DNA of 64,000 nucleotides from a virus. Under the pieces are notes generated by a model. It searched no databases. It saw only the letters and a program-made list of their open reading frames with translations, and was not told the origin of the DNA. This document shows positions 35,955-48,000 of the stretch, piece after piece; position 1 is the first letter of the stretch, and every line of letters begins with the position of its first letter. The stretch lies in IMG/VR virus record IMGVR_UViG_3300012352_000355, positions 32,001 to 96,000 of that record; one strand, given 5' to 3'. The position numbers were made by a program, and so were the translations under genes.

Positions 35955-38900
35955 ATGCCTAATAAATACCAAGCAAACTTAGGTCCCCTTTCAAAGTCCC
36001 TAGCAGGTGCTGCACCTGGGGATATGAGAGAAAGATTTAATACTCTTATTCCTTTAGATGTTCAGAACTCCTTTCAACAGAAAGCTGAGTTAGCTGTCTT
36101 AGAACAAGACAGACTAGATCAACAAAAAGGACTACAAGAACAAAGAAATCTAAAGCTAAATTCTCTTAAGAGTTTATATAGGCAAGCTATGCCTAATCCT
36201 CAGTTTGCTGATAGAGCTGCGTCTTCTGTTTTTGATAGAATAGAAAATGCTAGTTCTAAACAAGAACTAAACGATATCTACTCTGAGATTGAAAGCATAA
36301 GAGAAAAGGCTCAGGACAATTCTTTTTTGTTTGATGGTTTAGAGACTGTTGTAGGTTTAGCTCAAGGTCTGTCTTCTTTTGGGGAAAGTTTCTTTAGGGG
36401 TAAAGAATCTTTAATAGACCAAAAGAAAAAAACCCTTACCCAAGCTAATGCAGACTTAACGGATATTTCTGGATCAATTATTCCTCAAGATCTATTTAGT
36501 CAAGGTATTGCAGCTATTAAAGAAGCAGAGTTTACTAACTACGGTAAACAAACTATAAATCAATTCGGAAGTCCTAAAGGTCTATATGATGCTTTGAGTA
36601 AAGCAAGGATGGGCACTAAGGCTGCTTATAATAACTTCGATGACTTTGTTAAGCCAAGACTTGAGGATGCTTTTGCTACTAAAGGACATTACTTATACAG
36701 AGAAGGAGAAGAAGCACCTCAGTTTCAACAAGAAGCGAGAACAGCTTTTGCTAATCCTACTAAAGATCAAACAGCTGCAAACTTTAAACATGATCTAGAA
36801 AAAGAATCTCTATCCTCGGTTAAGTCTGCTATTATGGGAGACTTACAGAAAGAACTGTTGAAACCTAGAGATGCTGTAGATTACAATCCAGACAATATCA
36901 AGTATCTTAGAAACTCTTTATCTATTGTAGATCAAAGATTAAACTCTCTTGATCAAGTTTATAAAGTAGACAAGTACGCTTCTGATGCAGAAAAGACTTT
37001 ATTTGGCGAAGGTAGTTCTGCAAGAAGAAGTGTTATAAAAGCTTTTGGGGATACTCTTCCAGGTAAACTTATACAGGATAAATTATTTAATGCTAGTGAC
37101 TTCTCACAAGCTGTATTTAGTGAGGCATTTTACAAGCCTGATATAATTACTTACGATAAGGACAATAGACCTGTTATGTCTAATCAGTTTATGTATACTA
37201 AAGCCGATGGCTCTAGAGCATTTAACTGGGGATCTATTCCTGAGGCAGGTGGAGCTATGGTAGCTCAGATGATTCCAATTATTGCAGGAGGTGCTTTAGT
37301 TGAGGGAGTAGTTAGTGGAGTAGCTGCAGCAGAGTTAGGAGCTATCTCTAGTGGTGCTGCTGGCATCTCTCGTGCATATGATGCTTTAAATAAAGTATCT
37401 GCTTTAGGTAATGAACTTAAATTAGCAGACAGAGCTGCAACCTTTGCTTCGGTAGCAGCTAATACTATTCCTCATTTTGTAGAACAAGAAAAAAGATGGG
37501 GAGGAGACTATGTAAAGAGAGGTCTTGCAGGAGGTATAGTAGAGGCAACAGCTGAAGCAATTGGATTCCCTGATGTTGGGGCTCTTAAAATGCGTCCTGT
37601 AACTACTACGTTAGCTTCTTCTGCTATGAGAGCAGCTAAGTTAGAACTTAACTTTGGACAACGCTTAGGCTCTTACTTGAATAACACTTATCAGTTTGCT
37701 AAGCTAGGAGCTAAACAGAATGCCGTAGAAGCATTAGAAGAAGAAATTTCTTTGTTAGGTAATGCAATTGTACAGAATGGCATTATGCCAGAAGAGTATG
37801 CACTTAGGGACAAAGAACAAGTAACAGCTAAAAGTCTTACTGATACCTTGGTTGAGTCTTTTGCAGCAGGACTTATTTATAGCTTTGGTACTGTAGGTGC
37901 AGGAGGATATGCTTACACTAGACCTGAAAACTTACAAAGACAATCTAATTGGGAAGCAGCAAATAATCCAGAATTGTTTATTGCTAAACTACAAGACCTA
38001 AAAGATAAAGGTAAAATATCTGATCAAGACTTTGTACAAGGAATAGCTAAGGTTCGTACTCTAGAGGGAACTATGAAGTCATTAGTAGGTTTTGATAATA
38101 TTAGAGATTTAAAAACTCTTAACCTAGACAAGGACGAGCAGTTTGCTTTGTTTACAAACGTACTAAGACGTAATGAACTTCTAGAAATAGATCTTGATTC
38201 AATGTCTGATACAGAGAAGGAAGCATTTGCTAACTACAAAGCTGGCAATATACTTGCAGAGGAGTCAAGAAAGAGACAGAGACTTATCAGAAAACAGTTA
38301 GCTGAATTTGATCGTAACCCTGAACCTACAAAGGAAGAACAGAAAGAACGAGAAAGACTTACCGAACTCTACGCTAAACTAAAGAGAGGAGATATCCAAT
38401 ATATAAATAAAGGAAGTATCTCAGAAGAAGATAAAAAGTATTTCTACGAAGCTGGTTTGTTGACAGATACTGATCTCCAAGTTTCACAGGAAGACATAGA
38501 CAAAGAAATTGACTCTATTAACAAGTCAATCCTTAAGACACAAAAGAGAATTGATCGCTATGCTAATCTAACTAATTCCGAAAAGAACGAAATTATTAGA
38601 AAGGTATACGATGAGAAGATTGAAGCTGTACTTAAAGTAGACAGTGCTGCTGACCTAGTGGAGTCTAGAATTAATCTTCAAAAAGATTTAGACTATCTTA
38701 GATTAAAAGGAGAGGAAGAAGTTCCTGGCCAAGTAGAACATAAAGAAAGACTACTTGATGCTTATGGAAAACAAATGAACGATCTTGTTAACGAGAGAGA
38801 TGAGTTTGGTCAGAATAAAGTAGAACAAAAAGTAAGTAACTTTGATGCTAACACCCTAGAGCAAGCAGGCGATCTCTTTGGTATACAGGAAGCTTATGAG

Positions 38901-41900
38901 TATGCTAAAGCAAACAAAGATCATATAAACTCAGACCTCTACACTACAGTAACTGAGAATCTTGCTGACAGTAACAAGAGAGCACAAGAAGCCATCGCTA
39001 TAGCAGAACCTGAAGTACGTACTCAAGTACTTACAAACTTCTTAGACAAGGCAGTAGCTTTTAAGACTAATTACGCATATAACGTTGATCTAGTAAACAA
39101 AATATTTCCATTAGTAGAATATACCCAAGAGGAGTTAGATCAGGCAAGAGAAGCGCTTATACAGAGAAGGGCTCAAAAGAAATCTCAACAGATACTAGAT
39201 ACACAAGTAGTAGAAGGAGGAGAGACAGAGAAAGAAGAACAAGCGGAATTTAGTAATATTGCTAATCAAGTTGCAAGTACTCCTGAAGTAGTGAGTGAGT
39301 CAGGAGAGTCTAATAGAGACGAGATGTATCTTGCTGGTTATAATCGTATGATTGACAGAGCAAAGGCTAGTCCTCTAGGATTTGCTAAGGCATTTGAGTT
39401 AGCAGTTAAGAACAGGTTGTCTTCAGTGTTTACTCAAAATACTAAAGACTACAATACTTTAATTAATGCATTAGATGATCTCTTAGATAAAAAGATTACT
39501 CCAGAAGAATTTAGAAATATTTACTTAAATGTTTGGAGAGAGAACAAAGGAAACGAGAATAAACAAAATGCAGTTATATTCCTTAAGTTTATTGCAGATA
39601 GGTATTTCCTTAACGACATGCCTGCAGATAGAGTAAGTAGTAGAACTACTCCCACTGCACCTATCACTCCAACTCCTGCTCCAGTTACTCCTAGTCCTGC
39701 TAAAACAACAACTAGTAAAAATGCCCCTACTCCTAAGCAAGGAACCAAGGTAGATAAACTAAACAACGAAGTAACTCAACAAGTACAAGCAAGACTTACC
39801 CAACTAGAATCCTTGGCTTCTCCATTAAGAACAGTTGCAGTAGAATACAATGCAGCTAATCAGAAGTCAACAGATCCTGCTACACTACGTAATGTAGCTT
39901 TAATAGAATACATAGCTACTACTCCAGGTGTAAGAATGAGAGTAATGAATAGAAAGTTGTTTCTCCTTAATCATATTGTAGAAAACAACGAAACTATTAA
40001 CACAGAAGCAGAAGCTTTAGTTGAGTTTAACAAGATTGCTGATCATATCTCAGAAAACAATATGTCTTTAGATACTTGGAATAGTTTATCTGATGAAGAT
40101 CTAGACTTGTTATTAGCTCCATTAGATCTCATTCTAGGTAAAAATTTCTTTGACAAAGGCAACTTAAGATTCTTCTTTACTTCTGTAGATGCAAAGTTTA
40201 AAGGAGGTAAAGTATATCCAGTAGGTACAGGTTTGTTTGTCGATCCTCAAGTTATTATCACAGCAGTAGACGAAGATGGAAATACTATATTGAAAGATGG
40301 ATTGCCACTCGAATTAAACTTTCCTAGGATAGAAGCACAGGGTTTTAGAATTAGCGAAAGAGTAGAAAATGATTACGAAGAGTTAGGAGGAGATAAAGAA
40401 AACCTAAGAAGTAAAAACCAAGCTAACTACGAAAGGATGTTGGCTATGACTAAGCTAATTAAAGCTGCAAACTCTTTTGCTGATACTTTACCTAGTCTAG
40501 ACTTCGATCACAGTGTATCTTCTGGTGTAATGCTTGAAGCTCCTATAACTAGCTACAAGGTTGGTAATGAGGTAGAGGTAGATAATGTACAGAAAGCAGG
40601 TATCGCAGAATTTAAAATTGCAGAGGATCCTAGGGAACCTATATTTGGTAAAAACTATTCTTTCCGTAAAGGTCGTGTTTATTTTAATAACAACGGTAAT
40701 CCTACCTTGTTAACAAACAACAAGATAGATCCACAAGAAGCAGATGCTCTTGCTGACTTGTATTTCTCGGAGGAGAATCCATACTTCAGTAGTCCTAAAG
40801 AGGCAGAAGAATATTTGTTTAACTTGATTAACCAAGTAAATAAGAAAGATCGTTTACACTTCTTTGTGAATGAGGAGTATCCTGGTCCAGGTCAGTTCCC
40901 TGTAATCATTGTAAAATCTACAGGTACTGCTACAGGCTTTAAAAATGAAGTGCTAACAAAAGAAGAATTTGCTAAGGAATTAAAGAATCATTACTACAAA
41001 GCAAGTTTAGCTCTAATGAGAAGTGGAGAACCTATTATGAGATTTAAACCCTCTGGCATGGTTACTCAGTCTTATTCACAGTATATAAAAGACACTCATA
41101 ACTTCCCAATTCAAGACGGTCAAGTAGCTATGCCAGTAAACAAGGTAATCTACTTAGCTCCAGAATCTTTAGAAAAGCAGTTTCCTGAAATTACAGGAAC
41201 AGCTCCTAAAGCTCCTGAGGTACCAAAAACTCCTACGCCTTCACCTACTGCGCCTAAACCTAGTATGGTAGTAGCAGGAGTACAGAATAAAGTTAAGAAC
41301 CTTTCTATACTTCCCTTTGATAGAGCATTATCTGCGGCACAGAAAAGTCCAGGTGCTGACTACTTAGTTGATCCTATGCAAAAAGTAGGAGAAGAGTTCT
41401 ATAACATAGCACTAAACACTGTTCTAGCTGATCCTACTAAACTTACTGATATCTACTATTTTAAGTTGGTAAGAGAACCAGGAGTACCAGCTGTTAGTAT
41501 TGAGAGAAGGAAATATGATCCTGAAGATGCTGATGCTGTTTACGCTTCACACTTTTTAGGCAGAGTCAACGTAGAAGGTAGAGAAAAACCTGTTACAGTT
41601 ATTCTTGTTGATCCTAATGTTCCTTTTGGAAAGACTTATGGTACCCCAAGAATAATGGCTACTATAGATCTTGCCAATCCTCAGGAAGCTGTTATTCAAA
41701 CCTATCAGCAGTTTACTAATCCTGCACCTGTACCTACTCCAGCACCTGTTACTCCTGCTCCTACTAAACGTTCTATGAGTGCTTTAAATGCTATGCGTGT
41801 AGGTGAAGTTGAGAAAGTAGAACAAGCAAGCGATTCTCCCTTCAGTGATGCTTTGTTAGACGAAGATGAGTTGAGAGCACAAGCAAAAGAATCTAAAGAG

Positions 41901-41933
41901 GCTTGTAAAGGAGACTTAGACGATTTAGCTTAA
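35955..41933 (+). CDS. Giant virion ejection protein (1992 aa) with hydrophobic Gly/Ala-rich region
   Basis: Size and gene order; GAMVAQMIPIIAGGALV and EALEEE motifs; Pro/Thr linkers. Confidence 0.75.
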   Translation: MPNKYQANLGPLSKSLAGAAPGDMRERFNTLIPLDVQNSFQQKAELAVLEQDRLDQQKGLQEQRNLKLNSLKSLYRQAMPNPQFADRAASSVFDRIENASSKQELNDIYSEIESIREKAQDNSFLFDGLETVVGLAQGLSSFGESFFRGKESLIDQKKKTLTQANADLTDISGSIIPQDLFSQGIAAIKEAEFTNYGKQTINQFGSPKGLYDALSKARMGTKAAYNNFDDFVKPRLEDAFATKGHYLYREGEEAPQFQQEARTAFANPTKDQTAANFKHDLEKESLSSVKSAIMGDLQKELLKPRDAVDYNPDNIKYLRNSLSIVDQRLNSLDQVYKVDKYASDAEKTLFGEGSSARRSVIKAFGDTLPGKLIQDKLFNASDFSQAVFSEAFYKPDIITYDKDNRPVMSNQFMYTKADGSRAFNWGSIPEAGGAMVAQMIPIIAGGALVEGVVSGVAAAELGAISSGAAGISRAYDALNKVSALGNELKLADRAATFASVAANTIPHFVEQEKRWGGDYVKRGLAGGIVEATAEAIGFPDVGALKMRPVTTTLASSAMRAAKLELNFGQRLGSYLNNTYQFAKLGAKQNAVEALEEEISLLGNAIVQNGIMPEEYALRDKEQVTAKSLTDTLVESFAAGLIYSFGTVGAGGYAYTRPENLQRQSNWEAANNPELFIAKLQDLKDKGKISDQDFVQGIAKVRTLEGTMKSLVGFDNIRDLKTLNLDKDEQFALFTNVLRRNELLEIDLDSMSDTEKEAFANYKAGNILAEESRKRQRLIRKQLAEFDRNPEPTKEEQKERERLTELYAKLKRGDIQYINKGSISEEDKKYFYEAGLLTDTDLQVSQEDIDKEIDSINKSILKTQKRIDRYANLTNSEKNEIIRKVYDEKIEAVLKVDSAADLVESRINLQKDLDYLRLKGEEEVPGQVEHKERLLDAYGKQMNDLVNERDEFGQNKVEQKVSNFDANTLEQAGDLFGIQEAYEYAKANKDHINSDLYTTVTENLADSNKRAQEAIAIAEPEVRTQVLTNFLDKAVAFKTNYAYNVDLVNKIFPLVEYTQEELDQAREALIQRRAQKKSQQILDTQVVEGGETEKEEQAEFSNIANQVASTPEVVSESGESNRDEMYLAGYNRMIDRAKASPLGFAKAFELAVKNRLSSVFTQNTKDYNTLINALDDLLDKKITPEEFRNIYLNVWRENKGNENKQNAVIFLKFIADRYFLNDMPADRVSSRTTPTAPITPTPAPVTPSPAKTTTSKNAPTPKQGTKVDKLNNEVTQQVQARLTQLESLASPLRTVAVEYNAANQKSTDPATLRNVALIEYIATTPGVRMRVMNRKLFLLNHIVENNETINTEAEALVEFNKIADHISENNMSLDTWNSLSDEDLDLLLAPLDLILGKNFFDKGNLRFFFTSVDAKFKGGKVYPVGTGLFVDPQVIITAVDEDGNTILKDGLPLELNFPRIEAQGFRISERVENDYEELGGDKENLRSKNQANYERMLAMTKLIKAANSFADTLPSLDFDHSVSSGVMLEAPITSYKVGNEVEVDNVQKAGIAEFKIAEDPREPIFGKNYSFRKGRVYFNNNGNPTLLTNNKIDPQEADALADLYFSEENPYFSSPKEAEEYLFNLINQVNKKDRLHFFVNEEYPGPGQFPVIIVKSTGTATGFKNEVLTKEEFAKELKNHYYKASLALMRSGEPIMRFKPSGMVTQSYSQYIKDTHNFPIQDGQVAMPVNKVIYLAPESLEKQFPEITGTAPKAPEVPKTPTPSPTAPKPSMVVAGVQNKVKNLSILPFDRALSAAQKSPGADYLVDPMQKVGEEFYNIALNTVLADPTKLTDIYYFKLVREPGVPAVSIERRKYDPEDADAVYASHFLGRVNVEGREKPVTVILVDPNVPFGKTYGTPRIMATIDLANPQEAVIQTYQQFTNPAPVPTPAPVTPAPTKRSMSALNAMRVGEVEKVEQASDSPFSDALLDEDELRAQAKESKEACKGDLDDLA

Positions 41934-41963
41934 CATAATTGAAGCATACTTTCAATAACGTAT

Positions 41964-41971
41964 TATATTTG
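41964..41971 (+). promoter_or_regulatory. -7 promoter element TATATTTG upstream of the RNAP gene
   Basis: Consensus -7 element; TTG at 41939-41941 (22-nt spacer). Confidence 0.55.
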
Positions 41972-42018
41972 TAATACACCCAGTAAACATTAATCTATAG
42001 TATTAACTAACATAAGAA

Positions 42019-45000
42019 ATGATTTGTCCAAATTTAAGTGATAATAAAGTACGTGCGGAGTTCACAAACCTTACTAATCTTGTAGGAGAAGACTTCGCTT
42101 ACTTTGTATGGAATAGGAATGGTGGCTATCCTCTAGACAAGAAGGTAGTTACAGTAAAGGGGAAAGAAACAGTAATTGATAATCCTTTATACAATCATTT
42201 CTTAGGCTCTTACAATAACGTAAAGCAAGCAACTCTTGCTACTAGTATTTATTACAGTAAGAAGTTACAGAAGAGTAATCCTGGATTTGATAATCTTCCT
42301 ATACAAGAACAGGCAAACATTATCCATGACTTTGTACAAGAGAATGAAACTTTAGAAAAAGCTTCTGAAAGAGTAATGAGATTCATTGCTCAAGGATTTA
42401 AAGCAGAACGTGTATTAGATGAATCTATTAGAAGAGTAGCCTTTGACGAAGCACGTAAGATAGCTAACGGAAGACAATTACTTGACTCTTATGTTTGGTT
42501 TAAGACTTCGCCTCTTTCTTTGTTTGTAGATTTTGCAAACATGCAGAACAAGGAGGAAAGTTCTTTTGCTACTTGGACTAAGTCAGCAATTACTTTATAC
42601 AAAGGATCTGATTACTCAGACCTTTATCACGAAGGTTGGCACGAATTTACACAGCGATTCATGACTAAGGAACAAAGAATTGCTTTGTACCAGTCAGTTA
42701 AATCAAGACCATCTACTGCTCTTATTAATGGTGTTCAAGTTCCTTACTATGCTTTGACTAGTCGTCAAATAGAAGAAGTACTTGCAGAAGAGTTTAGGTC
42801 TTTTTCTTTGAATAAGTCTAATCCTGAAGTAGTTGTTCCTAGAATAGAAGCTCCTGTAAGAAACTTGTTTCAAAAGATCTGGGATTTCTTAACAAGTATA
42901 TTTAATGCTTCACCTCAAGAGATTGCTTCTAGACCTGCAGAAGAAGTACAAGACGGTATAACTGCTTTGTTTGAAAAACTCTACGCAGGTAAAATATATG
43001 AGTACACGCCTAGTGTCACTAACATTAGTGAGAAAGTATTAAATAGAAACAAATCTTTTCAGATTAACTATGTAGCTAAAGACGGAAGAACAATTCCATT
43101 TGAGTATAATGCTTTAGAAGCTGCAGAGATCTTTAGTGCTATTGACTTCTTCCTAAGTAAGGCAATGGATGACTTTAAGACAAGTGATGGTACTAAGATT
43201 AAGTTAGAAATGTCTTTCTTGTTGAACAAAGATCTTAAGCAAGTATACTTGCCTCAACTATATGAAAGTGCTAGAAACTCTATGTTGCAGTATATCAGTG
43301 CATTAGAGGAAGAAGCAACTACTGCTGACGAGGCTACTGCAGAAGTACTTAAGCTACGTGTTAAAAACTTAAAAGGATTAGTAGTAAGAACTGCAGCAAA
43401 CGATGGTTGGGCTACTGTAGTAGAGAATCATCAGAGAGCATCTAAGGGTGGAGTATTTTACTTAGAAGAGAATAAGAAGTCTTACGATGTAGACAACCGA
43501 ATAGATGATCAAGATGAATCAGAGTTAAGGAGGGACAGTAGAAGTTTTGCTAACGCAGAAGACGTAGACCCTATGTCTCTAGCTTCTCCTGAGATTCTCC
43601 AGTTAATTAAGATTCTTCCTGGAACATACTATAACTCTTTAGGAGAAATGGTTACTGCTACAGGTCCTTCATTTGGATTACCTCAGTCAGGTGATTTCTT
43701 AAGAAATAAAAACTTAGTCTTAAGTAAAGTAAGTGGGTCAATTTCTTACGAAGAGGCTATACAAAGATTAGAGAATACATTAGATATTGCTCCTCAGTTA
43801 AGACAATTAATTGATAGACTTCCCCCTACTGATACTTCTTTAAGTCTTTCTCAGCTCGCACTTAAATCTCAGTTTATGCAGTTTGCTGCAATGCCTACGG
43901 TATATCCTTACGAGATCAAATCTTTGGTGCAAAATGAATTGTCTGCTGTAACTAAGAAGAAAGAAAAACGTCTGGAAACAAAAGCATTCTTAAACAATAC
44001 TCTTTCTCAAGACAAACTAATAGAGTTCTTTGATCAAGACTTTGTAAGTAATAGACTACGTAAGTATAGATTAATAGATCCTAAAGAAATAGATCTAGCA
44101 GTTTATGATAGGGCTAGTGTACTATCCGACTATAGAGCTTACACAGAGAATGGATTCACTTCTGATCAAGTTGCTTTTGAATTCTTAAATGATGCCTTTG
44201 GTATCAACTTAATTGCAGACAAGAATCCTAACTTATTGTTTAATAAGCGTGGAGAATTACAGTTAGGAGTTAATCCTATCTTTACTACTACAAACCTAAG
44301 AAACCTTGTCAAGATAGCTAACAATGCTTTGTTTAAGCTGAAGCTTCTTAGCCTTATAGATTCTTCTGGGGAAAATCTTAACACCCCTACCATCTCTTAT
44401 AATCCACTACTTGCTCTTTCTTCTGATATATCTAAACAGTTGAAAGAACAGATTAAAGAACTTAAGTCGGGAGAGAAGAACAAAGTAATTAAAGAGTACT
44501 TTGAAAAACATTTTAAGGCAGCTACTCTCGACAATGAAAGAACTTCTGCTTTTTCTACTATAGAAAAACTTTATAATATCTCTAACTCTGCTTCTTACTT
44601 AAACCCAGAAGGAAACTTAGAGTACGCAGTAAGAGAGTGGAATCACTTGTTAGACTCAGCATCTAAGATTAATAATGTAAAAAACATCTACGAACTAGAA
44701 GGACACTTAAACCCAGAGTCTAATAACTTCCTTGAGTATAGTTTAGTTATGAATGCTATGTTCCGTAAAGACGATGGAACTAGAAGGACTACTAACTCAG
44801 GTGAAGGAGTATACTTAGAGGTTTTAAACATGTCAGGTTTTACTATTGGTAAAACTAGAGGAGATAAAACAACTAACTTATCTGGTGACGGAAAACTCTT
44901 ACAAGACTTCCTTTCCTTTATTCAAGACGCTACCATAGAAAACATGAGGGTAGGAGCAAAGTCTAGTTCTTTTGCTACACGTTTGTCTGGAAACAGAGGA

Positions 45001-48000
45001 GAAAGGGAATATTTTAAATATGATCAGTATCAGTTCAAGAATCAAGCTGTAGTATCTTCTGACTTTATCAGACAGATGCAGAACTACTTGAACTTTGAGG
45101 CTATGCGTATGTTTGACGACAGAGCTAAATCTACGAGAAAAGAAAAAGCTGGATCTGAGTTTATCATACTAGACACTATACTTCCACAAGACATTAAAGA
45201 TAAAGTAAAGGAAGCAGTTAATGAGGCTCCTAACAAAGAGGCTCTTAAGTTGACTCTTAGGGGTATGTTTGGTTTGAGTGCTAATAGTCTCTATGGTCCA
45301 TTTAAAGATGCTGTTACAGCATACTTTAAGAGTTCTGCTGATGTATTGAAAGTTTCTTTTAATGAAATCTTAAGTAAGGGAGAGTCTAAGAATCTTGCAA
45401 AAGAATTTTATCGTATCCACAAAAAGCAAGATGGGACTGCCTATACACCAGAAGAGATAGATTCTGTTCTTCTTTACTTTACTACTAATTATTTTGCTCA
45501 CCAAGTAGAAGTAATGCACTTGTTAATCGGTGATCCTTCTAATTATAAGATTAAAAATAATGAATGGAGAGAAGCATTCAAACGTCTTGGTCCTGCAATT
45601 TCTCCAGGTAAACAACCTAGATTAGACCTACAAGACACTAACTCTTGGAATACAGATCCATCTCTTAGTAGAGGACTTGAAGAAGTACAAAGAGGAAAAG
45701 GAAAAGGTAGACCCTATGATACTAATTTAAACTACGTACAGTATGAGGATATCAAAACCTTTGAGTATTTAGATGAAGTTGCTAAGTCTTCTATCAAAGA
45801 AAGTATTAGACAAAACTATTTAGATGCTTTGATAGCAGCTAAGGGTCCTTTGAGTCCAGAGGAACTTGCAAGAGAGTCTGCTCAAATAGATTCAAATACT
45901 GATGCAGTACTAGTACAAGACGAAGAAGCGAATGCTCAGGCTTACGCAGGCTTAGACTTTATAAGATACTACTTAAATTCTATTGGAGAATGGCTTCCAG
46001 AACTAGAAGAAGCTTATAAACATGAGGTAAAGGTATTACAGGCAATTAAAAACTATAGACAATCTAACTCTACTGAAGATCTTGCTAAAGTAAAAGAGTT
46101 GGTTAGACAGAGTAATCTTGGAATACTGACTTCACTTAAACTAGGATACTATGGATCACCTACAGACTACAACAAGTACAATGTACTAGGTAAGTATTCT
46201 GTGTTCCCATTAAGTCCTTCTATGGTATTTGATACAGACTTAGAGAATCTTATGTTTGACTACCTAGACAAAGGAGTAGACATGTCTACTTTCTCTAGTG
46301 GTAATAAGATGTCTCTTCCTGTAAACGAAATGGCTTTTTATAATTCTGTTGAGTTGAATGGTAAAAAGATTCCAGTACCTAATGCAAATGGAGCTTTAGA
46401 AGTAACTAAGGTAGATCCTAATCTTATTGTAAGACTTCCAATAGACGGTCTCCGTAGACAACAGTATATTGCTCCTAAATTTAAGGGAGAAGCAACTTTG
46501 TCTACTCAGATGGTTAAGTTAATTTTCTCTAACTTTTTTGTATCAGGTAAGATTAACCCTAAGTATGCACACATTCAAGATAAGATAGAAGCTTTACAAG
46601 AGGCGTTTATTAATAACATTAAAACTATTGTAGAGGTAGAGAAAGCAAAAATCTATTCTAAGATTGGAGCAACTGTTAACGCAGAAGGAAAATTAACTAG
46701 CATTAACACAAAAGACTTTACTAACTGGTTACATAGAGAGTTTGATAAGAAGGAAGTACCTAGTTCTGTCTATGACTTTATTAGACCTTCTAATAACAAT
46801 CAGTTTGTATTTTCATTGGATGCAGGAGTACAAAGATCTCTCATAGACCAAATCATCTCTAGTGCTTTGTCTAAGCGTGTATTGAAACCTAAGATGTTTG
46901 GTGAGGCTTATATTCAATTGGCTTCTTCAGGATTTAACAAACTAGGTACTCGTAAACAAAAGCCTACTGTTGATGAGATCAAGACTATATCAAAAGAATT
47001 CAATGTAAGCGGTTTAAGAGACTATCGCATTGAGGATGGTGTAACTCAACCTGCTGATGTTTTGATTCCATTTAACGCAAAGAAACATGCTCCCTTGCTT
47101 AATTTAGTTTGGAACGGAGAAGTTATCGGAACACTAGATAGACTTAATGACGCACTAGATGATCCTCAGTGGGTTAAGACACACTCAGCTAAGATAACTC
47201 TTGTAGGTGTACGTATTCCTGTACAAGGATTAAACTCTATGGAGTACTTTAGAGTACGTAGATTCTTAGCAACTGTAGGTGGTCCTGTAATGGTTGTACC
47301 TCCTTCAATCGTAACTAAGTCTGGATCTGACTTTGACATAGATAAATTGTTTATGTACGAGCCTGAACTTGATGAGAATGGAGAGTTAATAGTTAACGCT
47401 GAACTAGCAAGTGCAGAATACAGAGCTAAGATTATTGAAAACATCCTAGACAAAAACACTTACTTAAAAGGTAAGGCACTTTTTCTAGATAACTTGTTTG
47501 ATTCAGAAAGCTTTAGGGAAGCAGGCTTAGTATCTAAAGAGATTGATTCTATTAAGAAAATGATCTCTGATCTAAAGGGTATTAAGACTTCTGGAGAAGA
47601 AGACGACATAGCTTACTTTAAAGAGAACATAGGTCCTTTGAACATGAAGTTAGGTATTGCTATTGAAAGATTTAAAACTTTACGTAACCAAGATCCTAAT
47701 GTTGTTCAGTTTCTAGAAAACTTAGCACAGTACAAAGAAGTTCTTTCTGAGATGGAAAACATTTCAGAGAAACTGATAAAGGGTTCAGCTTCTAACAATA
47801 TGATCTCGGTAATATCTGGTGTATTGTCTGAAGCTTCTATTTACTCAGAGTTTACAAAACCCAACGTTAATAAGATTCTTCCTGAGATTGCTAGAGAGTA
47901 TCAAGCACTGAAGGGCAGAGATAGTAAGATTGACTCTAGTGCAATGTTCTTGATTGAGACTTCAATAAGAATCTTTACAGAAAACAACTTGGGTAAGAAG